From: Candidatus Woesebacteria bacterium RIFCSPLOWO2_01_FULL_39_23
Lineage (GTDB): Bacteria; Patescibacteriota; Microgenomatia; UBA8517
Direction: 5' to 3'
Assembly: GCA_001793095.1 (NCBI GenBank)
Contig: MGHG01000007.1
Span: 1,306-65,305, forward strand
DNA: 64,000 nt
In this document: in pieces, positions 25,868 through 35,469 of the stretch
Layout of the letters: each line of letters starts with the position of its first letter
How positions within the stretch are numbered: the first letter of the stretch is position 1
Translations under genes and position numbers: made by a program
Notes under the pieces: model-generated
Databases searched by the model: none
What the model saw: the letters and a program-made list of their open reading frames with translations, nothing else
Told to the model about the DNA's origin: nothing

Positions 25868-26141
25868 TGGATGGGTAGATAGATTATTGTTGAGAATTAT
25901 TATGGGTACAATACAAGAAGCAAAAGACAGAATTAAATTAGCTTTGACTTTTCAAAATCCTGACAAGGATCGTATTTTAGCAATAAATAAAGCTAGGGAG
26001 ATTGGCCGATATAAATTAAGAAAAGGTGAGAAGGTGGGAACTGCTGTAGGGATTGAAGATAGAACGAGTGCTGTTTTAACTTTCGATAGTGGTAGTGTGT
26101 TAACCGCTAAGGTAAACACAGATGATACAACCTCTAGATAA
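25857..26141 (+). CDS. Hypothetical protein
   Basis: 94-aa ORF overlapping the serS end. The start may be the internal Met (MGTIQEAK...). Confidence 0.3.
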   Translation: MVVSGWVDRLLLRIIMGTIQEAKDRIKLALTFQNPDKDRILAINKAREIGRYKLRKGEKVGTAVGIEDRTSAVLTFDSGSVLTAKVNTDDTTSR

Positions 26142-26322
26142 TTGTGTATCCGGAGGTTTTGAGGGTCTGTTTTATTTTTTCCTCGTCAAACTCACCTTCT
26201 ACTTCGAGTGTTTCTTTTAGGTAGTTGCATGAGGCTTTGACCCCGATGTCTTCCAAATCAAGCTCGATCATCTTGGCGCAAGCTGTGCAATCCATGCCCT
26301 TTACTTTGTAACTTTTCTTCAT
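26134..26322 (-). CDS. copZ: Copper chaperone CopZ (HMA domain)
   Basis: 62 aa with a GMDCTAC MxCxxC motif and a ferredoxin-like fold pattern. Confidence 0.85.
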   Translation of the reverse strand: MKKSYKVKGMDCTACAKMIELDLEDIGVKASCNYLKETLEVEGEFDEEKIKQTLKTSGYTII

Positions 26323-26345
26323 AAGTTATAAGTTATTAGTTAGGC

Positions 26346-27356
26346 TCATTGAACTACGTTAAATGAGCCAGTATACATGCCCATTGAACAGGAAAAAGCC
26401 AGCCGGCCAGGTTTAGTCGGAGTAAATTCAATTTCTGTAACTCCAGTATCGGGGAGTATCTTTGAGATATTTAATGACGGAATAGTAAACGCCCGTGCAC
26501 AGCTGAAAACGTTATCGGTAATGAGTTTTAATTTAACTGGAACCCCGGCTTTTAAGGTACTGACATCTGGGGTATAACCTCTACCTGTGACATTAATAGT
26601 TGCTTGTTGGATACCCTGGGTGACTCCCGCGGATCTTGCAACCGGAACGAGCTTATCATTTCCACTGATAATAATCCAATAATTTCTGAGAGTATGAGGT
26701 GAACCGAAAAGACCCATTGCATTACTGAGTGCAAGTACACCGAATACAAAAATTACAATGGAGGAGATGTATGCGAAGGCTTTTTTCCGAAGTAAGCCCA
26801 GTGCAGCTACGCCAAGCGTAAAAAATACCGGGCTGGTTCCGAGGGTAAAAGCAAACATTGTTGCTCCTGCGTAGAGCGGATTTCCTGTTCCGAGTGCCAC
26901 GAGCATCATAGCTTGGGTGACGCCGCAGGGCATTAGAACTGTTAGTGCGCCCAGGATTGCCGGTGCAAAAAGAGACGTTTTCTTACTTTGGTTTCTGGCT
27001 AATCTTAATACAAACTTAGGTGGTTGAATGACGAAGTATCTGAAAAATGGATGCAAGCCCAGAAGTCTACCCGCTGTTCCGATTAGGAAGATAGCAATAA
27101 CAAGCTGCAATACAGCCAGAAACTTAGGGGAAGGAGTTAAGATGGAGCCTACTATTCCCAAAAGCACCCCAAGGATAGTGTAAGCCAAGATTTTACACCC
27201 TAAAAACATTGCAACAAACTTCCAGTTGCCACCTTTCACCTCTTTATTTTCTTTTTGTAGTGTTAATGTTGAGGTAAGAAGGCCACCCTGTACTGCAAGG
27301 CAGGAGATTCCTCCGGTTGTCAAGCCTGTAATAAAGGCCAGCCAGACGTTGTTCAT
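26346..27356 (-). CDS. Polytopic membrane permease-like protein with a C-terminal cupredoxin-like (Cupredoxin_1-type) domain
   Basis: Gly-rich N-terminal TM (FITGLTTGGISCLAVQGG) and 6-8 TMs. The C-terminus VTEIEFTPTKPGRLAFSCSMGMYTGSFNVVQ matches the F-x-C-x-M-x-M-Y-x-G tail of the 29976 protein. Confidence 0.6.
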   Translation of the reverse strand: MNNVWLAFITGLTTGGISCLAVQGGLLTSTLTLQKENKEVKGGNWKFVAMFLGCKILAYTILGVLLGIVGSILTPSPKFLAVLQLVIAIFLIGTAGRLLGLHPFFRYFVIQPPKFVLRLARNQSKKTSLFAPAILGALTVLMPCGVTQAMMLVALGTGNPLYAGATMFAFTLGTSPVFFTLGVAALGLLRKKAFAYISSIVIFVFGVLALSNAMGLFGSPHTLRNYWIIISGNDKLVPVARSAGVTQGIQQATINVTGRGYTPDVSTLKAGVPVKLKLITDNVFSCARAFTIPSLNISKILPDTGVTEIEFTPTKPGRLAFSCSMGMYTGSFNVVQ

Positions 27357-27419
27357 AGTGATAGATTTTATAGAAAATAGTGCTTATTGACAAGTCCTAA
27401 AGTTGAATGATAAAGTAAT

Positions 27420-27445
27420 ATACCCTATCCCCCGGGTAGGGATAT
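27420..27445. promoter_or_regulatory. CsoR-type operator: GC-rich pseudo-palindrome ATACCCTATCCCCCGGGTAGGGATAT
   Basis: It resembles known CsoR boxes (TACCC...GGGGGTA type). It sits between a TTGACA -35 (27387-92) and the csoR ATG, in the divergent intergenic region. Confidence 0.6.
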
Positions 27446-27449
27446 AAAA

Positions 27450-27719
27450 ATGGATGAATCTGCAAAAATCTCAGCTGCAAAACGACTGGCAATTATCAGG
27501 GGTCATCTCAATAAAGTAATAGACATGGTATCGGATGATGCTTATTGCCCTGATGTTATTCACCAATCGCAGGCGATTCAGGCAGCGTTAAAAAATGTTG
27601 ACGAAATAATCCTTCATGGCCATCTACATCATTGTGTACTCAAAGATATACACGAGAAGGGATCGAAAAAAGAGAAACTAATTAACGAAATACTTGACGT
27701 ATTCAGCAAACAAACATGA
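27450..27719 (+). CDS. csoR: CsoR-family Cu(I)-sensing transcriptional repressor
   Basis: YCPDV...HGHLHHC: the Cys, His(+25) and Cys(+29) spacing matches the CsoR Cu(I) triad. 89 aa, four-helix-bundle type. Confidence 0.85.
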   Translation: MDESAKISAAKRLAIIRGHLNKVIDMVSDDAYCPDVIHQSQAIQAALKNVDEIILHGHLHHCVLKDIHEKGSKKEKLINEILDVFSKQT

Positions 27720-28222
27720 GAGGCGAGTCAAAAATTCTTGTCGCAGCTATAATTTTTTCGGTGCTTTTAATTATTGGGTTTGTTGCACTTAGTGGAAAAT
27801 CATCTTCGGAAGAAATTAAACCTATGGGAGATGTAAGTGGTATTTCCGTCGAACCCTCTAATTACAATTTGGGTGATGTTCCAATAAAAGGAGGAACCGT
27901 TACGAAGGAGTATAAAATTAAAAATACTACAAATAATACAATTAAACTTAAAAAATTGGCAACGTCGTGTATGTGTACAAAAGCTAAGGTAAAAATTGGA
28001 GATAAGGAAACTAGGTTGTTCGGTATGGAGGGTATGGGTGATAAAAATCCTTCTGTTAACTTGGAAGTTGCTCCAAATGAAGAAATGTTGGTTACCGCGA
28101 TTTTCGATCCTGCTGCTCACGGACCTCAAGGAGTAGGACCTTTTGATAGAAGCGTGTTCTTAACATTTTCTGATCCATCTGGGGTAAGGGAGCTCAAATT
28201 TAGCGGGAAAGTAGTCAGCTAA
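27716..28222 (+). CDS. Membrane-anchored beta-sandwich protein with a CxC motif (DUF1573-like)
   Basis: N-terminal TM. VPIKGGTVTKEYKIKNTTNNTIKLKKLATSCMCTKA resembles the DUF1573 S-C-x-C-T core. Tentative. Confidence 0.5.
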   Translation: MRGESKILVAAIIFSVLLIIGFVALSGKSSSEEIKPMGDVSGISVEPSNYNLGDVPIKGGTVTKEYKIKNTTNNTIKLKKLATSCMCTKAKVKIGDKETRLFGMEGMGDKNPSVNLEVAPNEEMLVTAIFDPAAHGPQGVGPFDRSVFLTFSDPSGVRELKFSGKVVS

Positions 28223-28746
28223 TGAATAAGATAGTTTTTATAACGTTTATAATAATTATAAGTATTGTATTATTTGGATTTCCTAGGGAAATCCAGGCGC
28301 ACTGTCCGCTTTGCGTGGCCGGCGCTGGAGTTGGATTAACGCTATCAAGACTGTTGGGAATTGACGATAGCATTACCGGAGTTTGGTTGGGGGCTTTTTT
28401 GGGGGCGATGGCGTTTTGGACACAACGATTACTTGCCTCAAAAAATAAAAACTTTTCTTCTACTTTTTTTGGGATTTTTATTTACTTGGGAATTTTTGCA
28501 GCGACTATATGGTCTTTTTATAAATATAATCTGATTCTAAAACACGGAGATATTTTTGGATTAGATAAATTGACTTTCGGAATGGTAATAGGCGGATCCT
28601 TATTTTATATAGTTGATATCGTCAATGGCATTATAATCATGAGACACGGTAGGTCTTTTTTCCCATATCAAAGGTTAGTTACAGGACTTGGAAGTATGTT
28701 TTTATTAAGTGGAGCAGTCTTTATCTTAATTAACTACTATATATGA
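28222..28746 (+). CDS. Polytopic membrane protein with an HCPLC (CxxC) motif
   Basis: 174 aa. Signal/TM, then AHCPLCVAGAGVG at a membrane boundary, then three more TMs. Confidence 0.5.
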   Translation: MNKIVFITFIIIISIVLFGFPREIQAHCPLCVAGAGVGLTLSRLLGIDDSITGVWLGAFLGAMAFWTQRLLASKNKNFSSTFFGIFIYLGIFAATIWSFYKYNLILKHGDIFGLDKLTFGMVIGGSLFYIVDIVNGIIIMRHGRSFFPYQRLVTGLGSMFLLSGAVFILINYYI

Positions 28747-29948
28747 AAAAACTTAAGAAGAAACAAAAATTACTGTTGAGTAAATTTCTAACCTCTTCTT
28801 TTTTGATATTGTTTGGTTTTATTTTGAGTTTTACGTTTTTCAAAACCAATGTCCAAACTTTAAATTTCCTTCCGTCTATTTCAAATAGTGTGGCAGCAAT
28901 TAACTCTAAAGATTTAATTAAGAAATTAGAGAATAAGAATTTTACGCTAATAAATGTTCATACGCCGTATGAGGGTGAGATTGAAAAAACGGATATCTTT
29001 ATAAATTACGATGAAATTTTGGCTAGTAAGGATAAACTTCCCCAAGATAAGAATGCCGAAATAGTACTCTACTGTAAAACTGGAAGAATGAGCACAGAGG
29101 CTGCAGCAACTCTCCTGAATTTAGGTTATACAGATGTTAAACACCTGAACGGTGGAATGGACGCGTGGAAGAAAGAGGGCGGGAGCCTAATTGATTTGTC
29201 GAAACTTCCAGAACAAGTACTTCCACAGGAGGGTTTTACACTTCCTGTTTCTTGGGGTAGTTTAGGTCCGAGATTAATCCAACTTGGTGTAATCGATCAG
29301 GCAAAGTTTGAAAAGGTTGTTAAGATGGATAATACACAAAAGGAAATTTTGACCAAAGGATCGGATTCGCTAATTACAATTAATACTCAGAATAGTCAGT
29401 TTGTTGTTGATATGCTTTGGGCTGTTGGGCTCGGACAAAAGAGTCTTGTTTATGACGAAGGGCCGATGGGAAAAGAGTATAAAAATAAAGCCGGTAACTT
29501 TGCCTCAACCGGAGGGTGGAGCTTAGCGAAAGGCAGCGCGATGGCTCATTATAATAAACACGACCTGATCTCACTAACAGCTGAGCAGCATAAAAGAGTG
29601 ATGGATATCGCAGGACATGTTTATAGACCGTGTTGCGGTAATCACACGGCATTCCCCGATTGCAACCATGGTATGGCAGCCTTGGCAGCAATTGAAATGA
29701 TGGTATCCTTAAATATGAGCGATGAAAGTATTTATAAGAGCGTACTCGAACTGAATTCATTTTGGTTTGGGAGTACGTATATGACTACTGCAACTTATTT
29801 TGCCAGACAGGGTATATCCTGGGACAAGGTGGATGCTAAAGAGGTGTTAGGTGCCAAATATTCTTCAGGTCAGGGAGCAGCTGAAATAGCTAAGAAAGTT
29901 AATCCCCTGCCTTATGAAAGTAAATCAGGTGGTGGTTGCGGTGCTTAA
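28743..29948 (+). CDS. Membrane-anchored rhodanese (sulfurtransferase) fused to an unrecognised Cys/His-rich C-terminal domain
   Basis: Rhodanese with active-site loop LYCKTGRMS and ...LNGGMDAW. The C-domain carries PCCGNHTAFPDCNHGM and a terminal GGGCGA. Confidence 0.7.
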   Translation: MKKLKKKQKLLLSKFLTSSFLILFGFILSFTFFKTNVQTLNFLPSISNSVAAINSKDLIKKLENKNFTLINVHTPYEGEIEKTDIFINYDEILASKDKLPQDKNAEIVLYCKTGRMSTEAAATLLNLGYTDVKHLNGGMDAWKKEGGSLIDLSKLPEQVLPQEGFTLPVSWGSLGPRLIQLGVIDQAKFEKVVKMDNTQKEILTKGSDSLITINTQNSQFVVDMLWAVGLGQKSLVYDEGPMGKEYKNKAGNFASTGGWSLAKGSAMAHYNKHDLISLTAEQHKRVMDIAGHVYRPCCGNHTAFPDCNHGMAALAAIEMMVSLNMSDESIYKSVLELNSFWFGSTYMTTATYFARQGISWDKVDAKEVLGAKYSSGQGAAEIAKKVNPLPYESKSGGGCGA

Positions 29949-29975
29949 TTAAGTAAATTAAGTATAAAATCGTAT

Positions 29976-30332
29976 ATGGATAAACTAGTTGTTACTATTG
30001 GTGGATTGTCGGTTTTAAGTTTTATTTATTGGTTTTTCTTTGGAAAATCCAAGGATGAAATTGTTGAGGTCAAAGATAATATTGATGTTATTGTTGATGG
30101 GGGTTATAAGCCAGCCGCAATAAAAATAAAAAAAGGAAAAACAGCGACACTAAGAATAAAAAGACTGGATACAAACAGTTGTTTAGAAGAGATAATAATA
30201 CCTGACTTCAAAGTTAAAGAATATTTACCGCTAAATAAAGAGGTTGAGATTAAGATTAGCCCTAATAAAAACGGAGAGTTTAATTTCCACTGTGGAATGA
30301 ATATGTATCATGGAAAGATCATTGTCGAATAA
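29976..30332 (+). CDS. Small membrane-anchored cupredoxin-like (Cupredoxin_1/EfeO-like) protein
   Basis: TM, then a beta-rich domain ending [18 protein letters not shown]. It overlaps the copA start by 23 nt. Confidence 0.65.
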   Translation: MDKLVVTIGGLSVLSFIYWFFFGKSKDEIVEVKDNIDVIVDGGYKPAAIKIKKGKTATLRIKRLDTNSCLEEIIIPDFKVKEYLPLNKEVEIKISPNKNGEFNFHCGMNMYHGKIIVE

Positions 30333-32625
30333 TAATCAAGCTAGTCAAAAATTGTCATTTCCAATAATCGGGATGCACTGCGCGTCATGCGCCAGACTTA
30401 TAGAGAGGCAGCTCGTGCGAACACCCGGTGTTTTAAGCGCTGCAGTCAATTATGGGAGTGAAACGGCTTCGGTTGAATACACATCCGACGTAAAGGAAGA
30501 AGATTTAGCTAAAGCTGTAGAAGGAGCGGGTTATAGAGCGATATTAGACCAAAGGACAAAGGACAGAGGACAAAGGACATCGGATGAAATCAAAGAGGAG
30601 GCGAAGAAGAAAGAGATTAAGGAGTTAAAGCTGAAAGTTATAGTCTCTTCAATACTTTCGGTCCTTATATTCGCCGGAAGTTTTCCGGAATGGATTACTT
30701 TTGTACCCAAAATATTGAGTAATAATATTGTTCTATTTATACTCGCTACCCCCGTTCAGTTTTGGGCAGGATGGCAATTCTATTTAGCCACGAGATCAGG
30801 CTTGAAAAATAGAACTGCAAGTATGGATACGTTAATTGCAATCGGGACTAGTGCAGCCTATGGCTATTCCGTTTGGTCAATGATCTTTGGAGGAGACAAA
30901 TATTTTGACACTGCGGTAATAATTATTACCTTAATACTTCTTGGAAGATATCTTGAAGCCAGAGCAAAACTGCATACAAGCGATGCCATAAGGAAACTTT
31001 TAGCCCTTCAGGCGAAAACCGCACGCGTCATACGGGGGTCGACTGAAGTTGATATTCCTATCGAAGAAGTTAAAGTCGGAGATATAATCCGTGTAAGACC
31101 GGGTGAAAAAATTCCGGTTGACGGTGTTATAACGGAAGGAGTGAGCTCAATTGACGAATCTATGGTAACGGGTGAATCTATCCCTGTTGATAAGACTGTA
31201 GGCAATTCCGTTATCGGTGCAACAATCAATAAATCCGGAACCTTTTTATTTAAAGCTACAAAAATCGGCTCGGATACTATGCTCGCCAGAGTAGTAAAAA
31301 TGGTTGCCGAAGCGCAAAGTTCAAAAGCCCCTATTCAAAGACTCGCTGATGTCGTTTCGTCGTATTTCGTCCCGATAGTTTTAATTCTGGCAGTTCTGAC
31401 ATTTGTTATATGGTTTGACTTCAGTCCCATATCTTCCGAAGCATTCAAGCACGCATTTACGAATATGGTAGCGGTTCTTATCATCGCCTGTCCTTGTGCG
31501 CTCGGATTGGCAACGCCCACAGCAATAATGGTAGGTACAGGGAAAGGCGCTGAGCACGGAATACTGATAAAGGATGCAGAAAGTCTGGAAATCGCAAATA
31601 AAATAAAAACTATCGTTTTTGACAAGACGGGGACATTAACGGAAGGAAAACCAACCGTTACGGACGTTATTTCAAGTCAAAAGTTAAATGTCAAAAGTCA
31701 AAAGTTGTTACAGCTTGCTGCATCTCTTGAGCAAGGTTCAGAGCATTCGTTGGCGGAAACAATAATTAAAAAAACTCATAGCTTAAAACTTAAAACTCAA
31801 AAAGTAACTAATTTCAAAGCAATACACGGGATGGGAATCGAAGGGGAAATTGAAGGGAAAAAGTATATTTTTGGGAATAGAGCATTGATGGACAAAGAGA
31901 AGATAAATTATAAAAATCAGGAGTCAAGAATTATGAATTTAGAAGAAGAAGGTAAAACTGTAATGTTATTAGCCCTTCGACAAGCTCAGGGTAAACTATT
32001 AGGAATCATCGCCGTTGCTGACACTTTGAAGGCAAGTGCAAAAGATGCTGTAGCGATGTTACAAAAGAGAAAAATAGATGTTTGGATGGTGACTGGGGAT
32101 AATGAGCGGACGGCAAAAGCCATTGCTCGTGAAGCGGGTATTAACAATGTTTTAGCCGGAGTACTTCCTAATGAGAAGGCAAGTAAAGTAAATGAATTAC
32201 GAATAAAGAATAATGTATTAAGCAATTGGGATAATTCAAAATTCATTAAACATAATACTGAACCCGTCATCGCGTTCGTTGGTGACGGTATTAATGACGC
32301 ACCTGCACTTGCAGCGGCGGATGTGGGAATTGCAATGGGCAGCGGGACAGATATTGCAATGGAGTCGGCTGGAATTACTCTCTTGAACCGTGATTTAAAT
32401 AGTGTGGTTTCGGCAATTGAGTTAAGCAAAAAAACTCTCAATGTGATAAAACAAAATCTTTTTTGGGCCTTCGGATACAATATTGTTTTAATACCCGTTG
32501 CAATGGGGGTTTTATACCCCTTTTTCGGTTGGCTTCTTAACCCTGCAATAGCAGCATTTGCTATGGCTGCCAGCTCCATTTCCGTCGTCGGGAATTCCCT
32601 TCGGCTGAAAAGTGTTAGACTTTGA
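30310..32625 (+). CDS. copA: Copper-translocating P1B-type ATPase
   Basis: N-terminal [16 protein letters not shown] motif [19 protein letters not shown], and the GDGINDAP hinge. 771 aa. Confidence 0.95.
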   Translation: MERSLSNNNQASQKLSFPIIGMHCASCARLIERQLVRTPGVLSAAVNYGSETASVEYTSDVKEEDLAKAVEGAGYRAILDQRTKDRGQRTSDEIKEEAKKKEIKELKLKVIVSSILSVLIFAGSFPEWITFVPKILSNNIVLFILATPVQFWAGWQFYLATRSGLKNRTASMDTLIAIGTSAAYGYSVWSMIFGGDKYFDTAVIIITLILLGRYLEARAKLHTSDAIRKLLALQAKTARVIRGSTEVDIPIEEVKVGDIIRVRPGEKIPVDGVITEGVSSIDESMVTGESIPVDKTVGNSVIGATINKSGTFLFKATKIGSDTMLARVVKMVAEAQSSKAPIQRLADVVSSYFVPIVLILAVLTFVIWFDFSPISSEAFKHAFTNMVAVLIIACPCALGLATPTAIMVGTGKGAEHGILIKDAESLEIANKIKTIVFDKTGTLTEGKPTVTDVISSQKLNVKSQKLLQLAASLEQGSEHSLAETIIKKTHSLKLKTQKVTNFKAIHGMGIEGEIEGKKYIFGNRALMDKEKINYKNQESRIMNLEEEGKTVMLLALRQAQGKLLGIIAVADTLKASAKDAVAMLQKRKIDVWMVTGDNERTAKAIAREAGINNVLAGVLPNEKASKVNELRIKNNVLSNWDNSKFIKHNTEPVIAFVGDGINDAPALAAADVGIAMGSGTDIAMESAGITLLNRDLNSVVSAIELSKKTLNVIKQNLFWAFGYNIVLIPVAMGVLYPFFGWLLNPAIAAFAMAASSISVVGNSLRLKSVRL

Positions 32626-32691
32626 CAAGGAGAAATCGTAGTTGAGGTGGATGATGATACAGATTGGGATGATGAATTAGATTAGTCCTTG

Positions 32692-33639
32692 TTAACCTCT
32701 TATTCTGCTCAACCAGTAGATATAAGCAAGGAAGCAAAGTATTAATATTATTCCTACCCACTTACTGACCCTTTCTCCGCTGTATTTCCTTATAACTATT
32801 AAAAACAAAATTGCTGATAAGGCTAAAATCACCCAATCGGTATAAGGTATAAAAGTTTTTGTACGATAAAGATCAATTATGCCTCCTATAAAAAGTAAAT
32901 TATAAATATTACTGCCCAAGATATTGCCGATTGTTAACTTTTCCTGATGTTCCTCCTGTGCGAAAACTGTAGTAAAAAGCTCCGGAAGAGATGTCGCGAA
33001 TGCGGTAACAGTTAGGCCTAAAACTGTGGTTGAATAACCTGTTATCGTTGAAAGCATCTGGGTTGAGGTTACGGTAATATAACCACCCGCTACAATACCA
33101 ACGGCTGAAAAAACTAGAGTTATCACCTCCGAAAGTGTAAACTTTTCTTTTTTAAGGTGTTTCATTTTAGAAGAGTCTTCATGTTTCCTTCCAAAGATTG
33201 CCCAATTATATTCGGCAATAGTTAAAATAATGCCGCTGATAATAAGCACTAAGCCCGACGGAAAATTTGGAGAGATAATGGTGTTGAGGAAAATAAAGAG
33301 AGCTGTAACTGCAATTAGAATCAAGGCATTTCTCTGTGTTTTTGTCGTGCCTATTCTTAATTTTCCTATTAATATACCTATCGGAAAAACAAGTAATACA
33401 TTGACAATATTCGATCCGATGATATTACCCATTGCCAGTCCGATGTCATTCCGCATTAGTGCAACCGCAGAAACTGCCAACTCAGGAAGGGATGTACCCA
33501 GTGCGACAACCGTAATTCCGATAAACAAAGGGGAAATTTTAAAAGAGGAGGGCAACTTTTCTGCGAGTTTAACAAGGGCTCTGGCGGAAAAAAGCAGCAG
33601 TCCGATACCAAGAACGAGCTGTAGGGCAATTTCGCTCAT
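32692..33639 (-). CDS. CaCA-family cation/Ca2+ antiporter (YrbG-like)
   Basis: Two alpha-repeats containing GTSLPEL (ALGTSLPELAVS and AFATSLPELFTT). 315 aa with 10 TMs. Confidence 0.85.
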   Translation of the reverse strand: MSEIALQLVLGIGLLLFSARALVKLAEKLPSSFKISPLFIGITVVALGTSLPELAVSAVALMRNDIGLAMGNIIGSNIVNVLLVFPIGILIGKLRIGTTKTQRNALILIAVTALFIFLNTIISPNFPSGLVLIISGIILTIAEYNWAIFGRKHEDSSKMKHLKKEKFTLSEVITLVFSAVGIVAGGYITVTSTQMLSTITGYSTTVLGLTVTAFATSLPELFTTVFAQEEHQEKLTIGNILGSNIYNLLFIGGIIDLYRTKTFIPYTDWVILALSAILFLIVIRKYSGERVSKWVGIILILCFLAYIYWLSRIRG

Positions 33640-33728
33640 ACATTCATATTACTTGAATTTTCGGAAAATAATTAGTAGCTGAAAAATATTTGCAAGAAGG
33701 AATCTGATTCTTATATAATTTCGCTTCC

Positions 33729-33983
33729 ATGGCTGAAAGAGAAAAAACACCAGAGGAAAAGAGAGCTATTTCTAAAGTTTTGAGGATTGTCAGAGGAAGT
33801 ATGGTTTTTGGACCAGATCAAAAACCAGTTACTTGTCCGCGGTGCTTTAACAGAATAGGTATACTTAATAATGTCGGGATACCTGAGGGAACTTCGCTTG
33901 GCCCGATGGGTTGTGTGGGAGTAGAGGATGAAGAGTGTAAATTGCGCGAAATGTTATTTGAGCTTTATAGAAACAAACCTTAA
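33729..33983 (+). CDS. Hypothetical protein
   Basis: 84-aa ORF with a CPRC...C Cys pattern and no clear family. Confidence 0.3.
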   Translation: MAEREKTPEEKRAISKVLRIVRGSMVFGPDQKPVTCPRCFNRIGILNNVGIPEGTSLGPMGCVGVEDEECKLREMLFELYRNKP

Positions 33984-34006
33984 GAAAAAATAAAACTGTA
34001 AATGTT

Positions 34007-34264
34007 TTACATTCCTTGCTTATAAATAATAACTTTTTTACCGGGGACCATTTTAGTATCAGAAACATTAACAACGATTGCTCTTTCTCCATTCACGGTT
34101 ACTAAATTCTCATTAATCACAGTTGCTGAAGTAGGAAGGGGGTATTGTTTCCCATATGGGAGTGCTTTTAATGCCTTAATCCAACCCTTTATACTCCTTT
34201 TTGTAGCTTTAGTTTCAAGCTCAGGTTGAATATCGTAAATTTTATATTCAGTTTCTTTTCCCAT
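34007..34264 (-). CDS. Hypothetical protein
   Basis: 85-aa ORF with no motif. Confidence 0.3.
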   Translation of the reverse strand: MGKETEYKIYDIQPELETKATKRSIKGWIKALKALPYGKQYPLPTSATVINENLVTVNGERAIVVNVSDTKMVPGKKVIIYKQGM

Positions 34265-34460
34265 AAGACTAAGTTATGTTATAAAATTTAATTATTATAT
34301 GCAAACATAACAGGCTTAGTCAAAATAAGTAAGAAGGTTCGGACTGCGTTTGTTGTTGCCAATCTTTACCAAAGCAAAAACTCTCCGCAAGAAAACACTT
34401 AAAGAAATTTCAGATTTCAGTGGTAATTTGATGTATGTTAGTTTTAACTTCGTAGGACTT

Positions 34461-35468
34461 TTATATCCGGATTAACTTTTCCAACCAGGCTAAGTTTTGA
34501 CTTTTACTTTCCTTCCCACGATAGCTTTGTTCAAGTAAGTGTAGGCGCGTCCACCATAAATCTTCCCAGATATAATGAACTGCCAATTGTTTATATTTAC
34601 CGAATTTCTCAAAGTGTTTCAATAGTTTTTCGACAGATACAGGATTTTCAGGATCTTGGTCAAAAAACACTTTGGAATATATTTTTTGTTCCCATGGCGA
34701 TATATGGTTAAAGAAATCCCAATGATGAAATACGTCAAACAAGAGATACCAAACTGTAGCCGGCCCTACCCCGTAAAGTTTAAGAAGTTCTGTCATCTGT
34801 GTTTGCCTATCTTTCTTCCTTAAGATCATCTCGTCCATTAAACCTTGAGCAAAATAATCATCAATTTTCTTAATTGATTTGGCGCGATAACCGACTTTTA
34901 AGTTCCTTAATTCTTGCTCTGTCACGTTAGTAAGACTTCCTCCTTTCCAGAAACACCAAAGTTCTTTTCCGTCATATTCTAATTTTGTTCCGTAATTTTC
35001 CAATAATGCCCTGAACATCTGAACAGACCTTTTAACTGTTGCGTTTTGAAGAACTATTCCAATTATTAAATATTCATATAATGAGCTTGGATGTCCGGGT
35101 CGCATTCCATGCCACTTCTTAATTATCGGAGCCAACACTTTGTCATTTTTGAATGATTTGTAAAAATCTGTTAAGTCCAAGTCGAGGTTATACCTGAAGC
35201 GAATTTCTTTGATTAACGAGTCAATTGTTTCCTGCTTTGGTTTGCGGTCTGTCCAAATATCGATTTTTATTTTTGGTTTTTCTCTTGTTCCAATATTTAC
35301 AAACTTTAATCCGTATGGTTTACCGCCATATAGCCAGGTTTGCCACCTTGTCCCTGGTTCCCAATAATTATCACCGCTCGTAAAGTGATCTGGTTTATGA
35401 AAAGTAGCATCAAAATTAAAAGGTGAAGTTGGAGTAATTTCTATAGTAGCTACTTTTATTAGTTTCAT
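34461..35468 (-). CDS. HhH-GPD superfamily DNA glycosylase (AlkA/Ogg-like)
   Basis: LYGVGPATVWYLLFDVF helix-hairpin-helix GPD motif. The start is set at MKLIKV (ATG 35468), 1 nt after the rarA stop. The track start at 35546 would overlap rarA. Confidence 0.65.
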   Translation of the reverse strand: MKLIKVATIEITPTSPFNFDATFHKPDHFTSGDNYWEPGTRWQTWLYGGKPYGLKFVNIGTREKPKIKIDIWTDRKPKQETIDSLIKEIRFRYNLDLDLTDFYKSFKNDKVLAPIIKKWHGMRPGHPSSLYEYLIIGIVLQNATVKRSVQMFRALLENYGTKLEYDGKELWCFWKGGSLTNVTEQELRNLKVGYRAKSIKKIDDYFAQGLMDEMILRKKDRQTQMTELLKLYGVGPATVWYLLFDVFHHWDFFNHISPWEQKIYSKVFFDQDPENPVSVEKLLKHFEKFGKYKQLAVHYIWEDLWWTRLHLLEQSYRGKESKSQNLAWLEKLIRI

Positions 35469-35469
35469 A

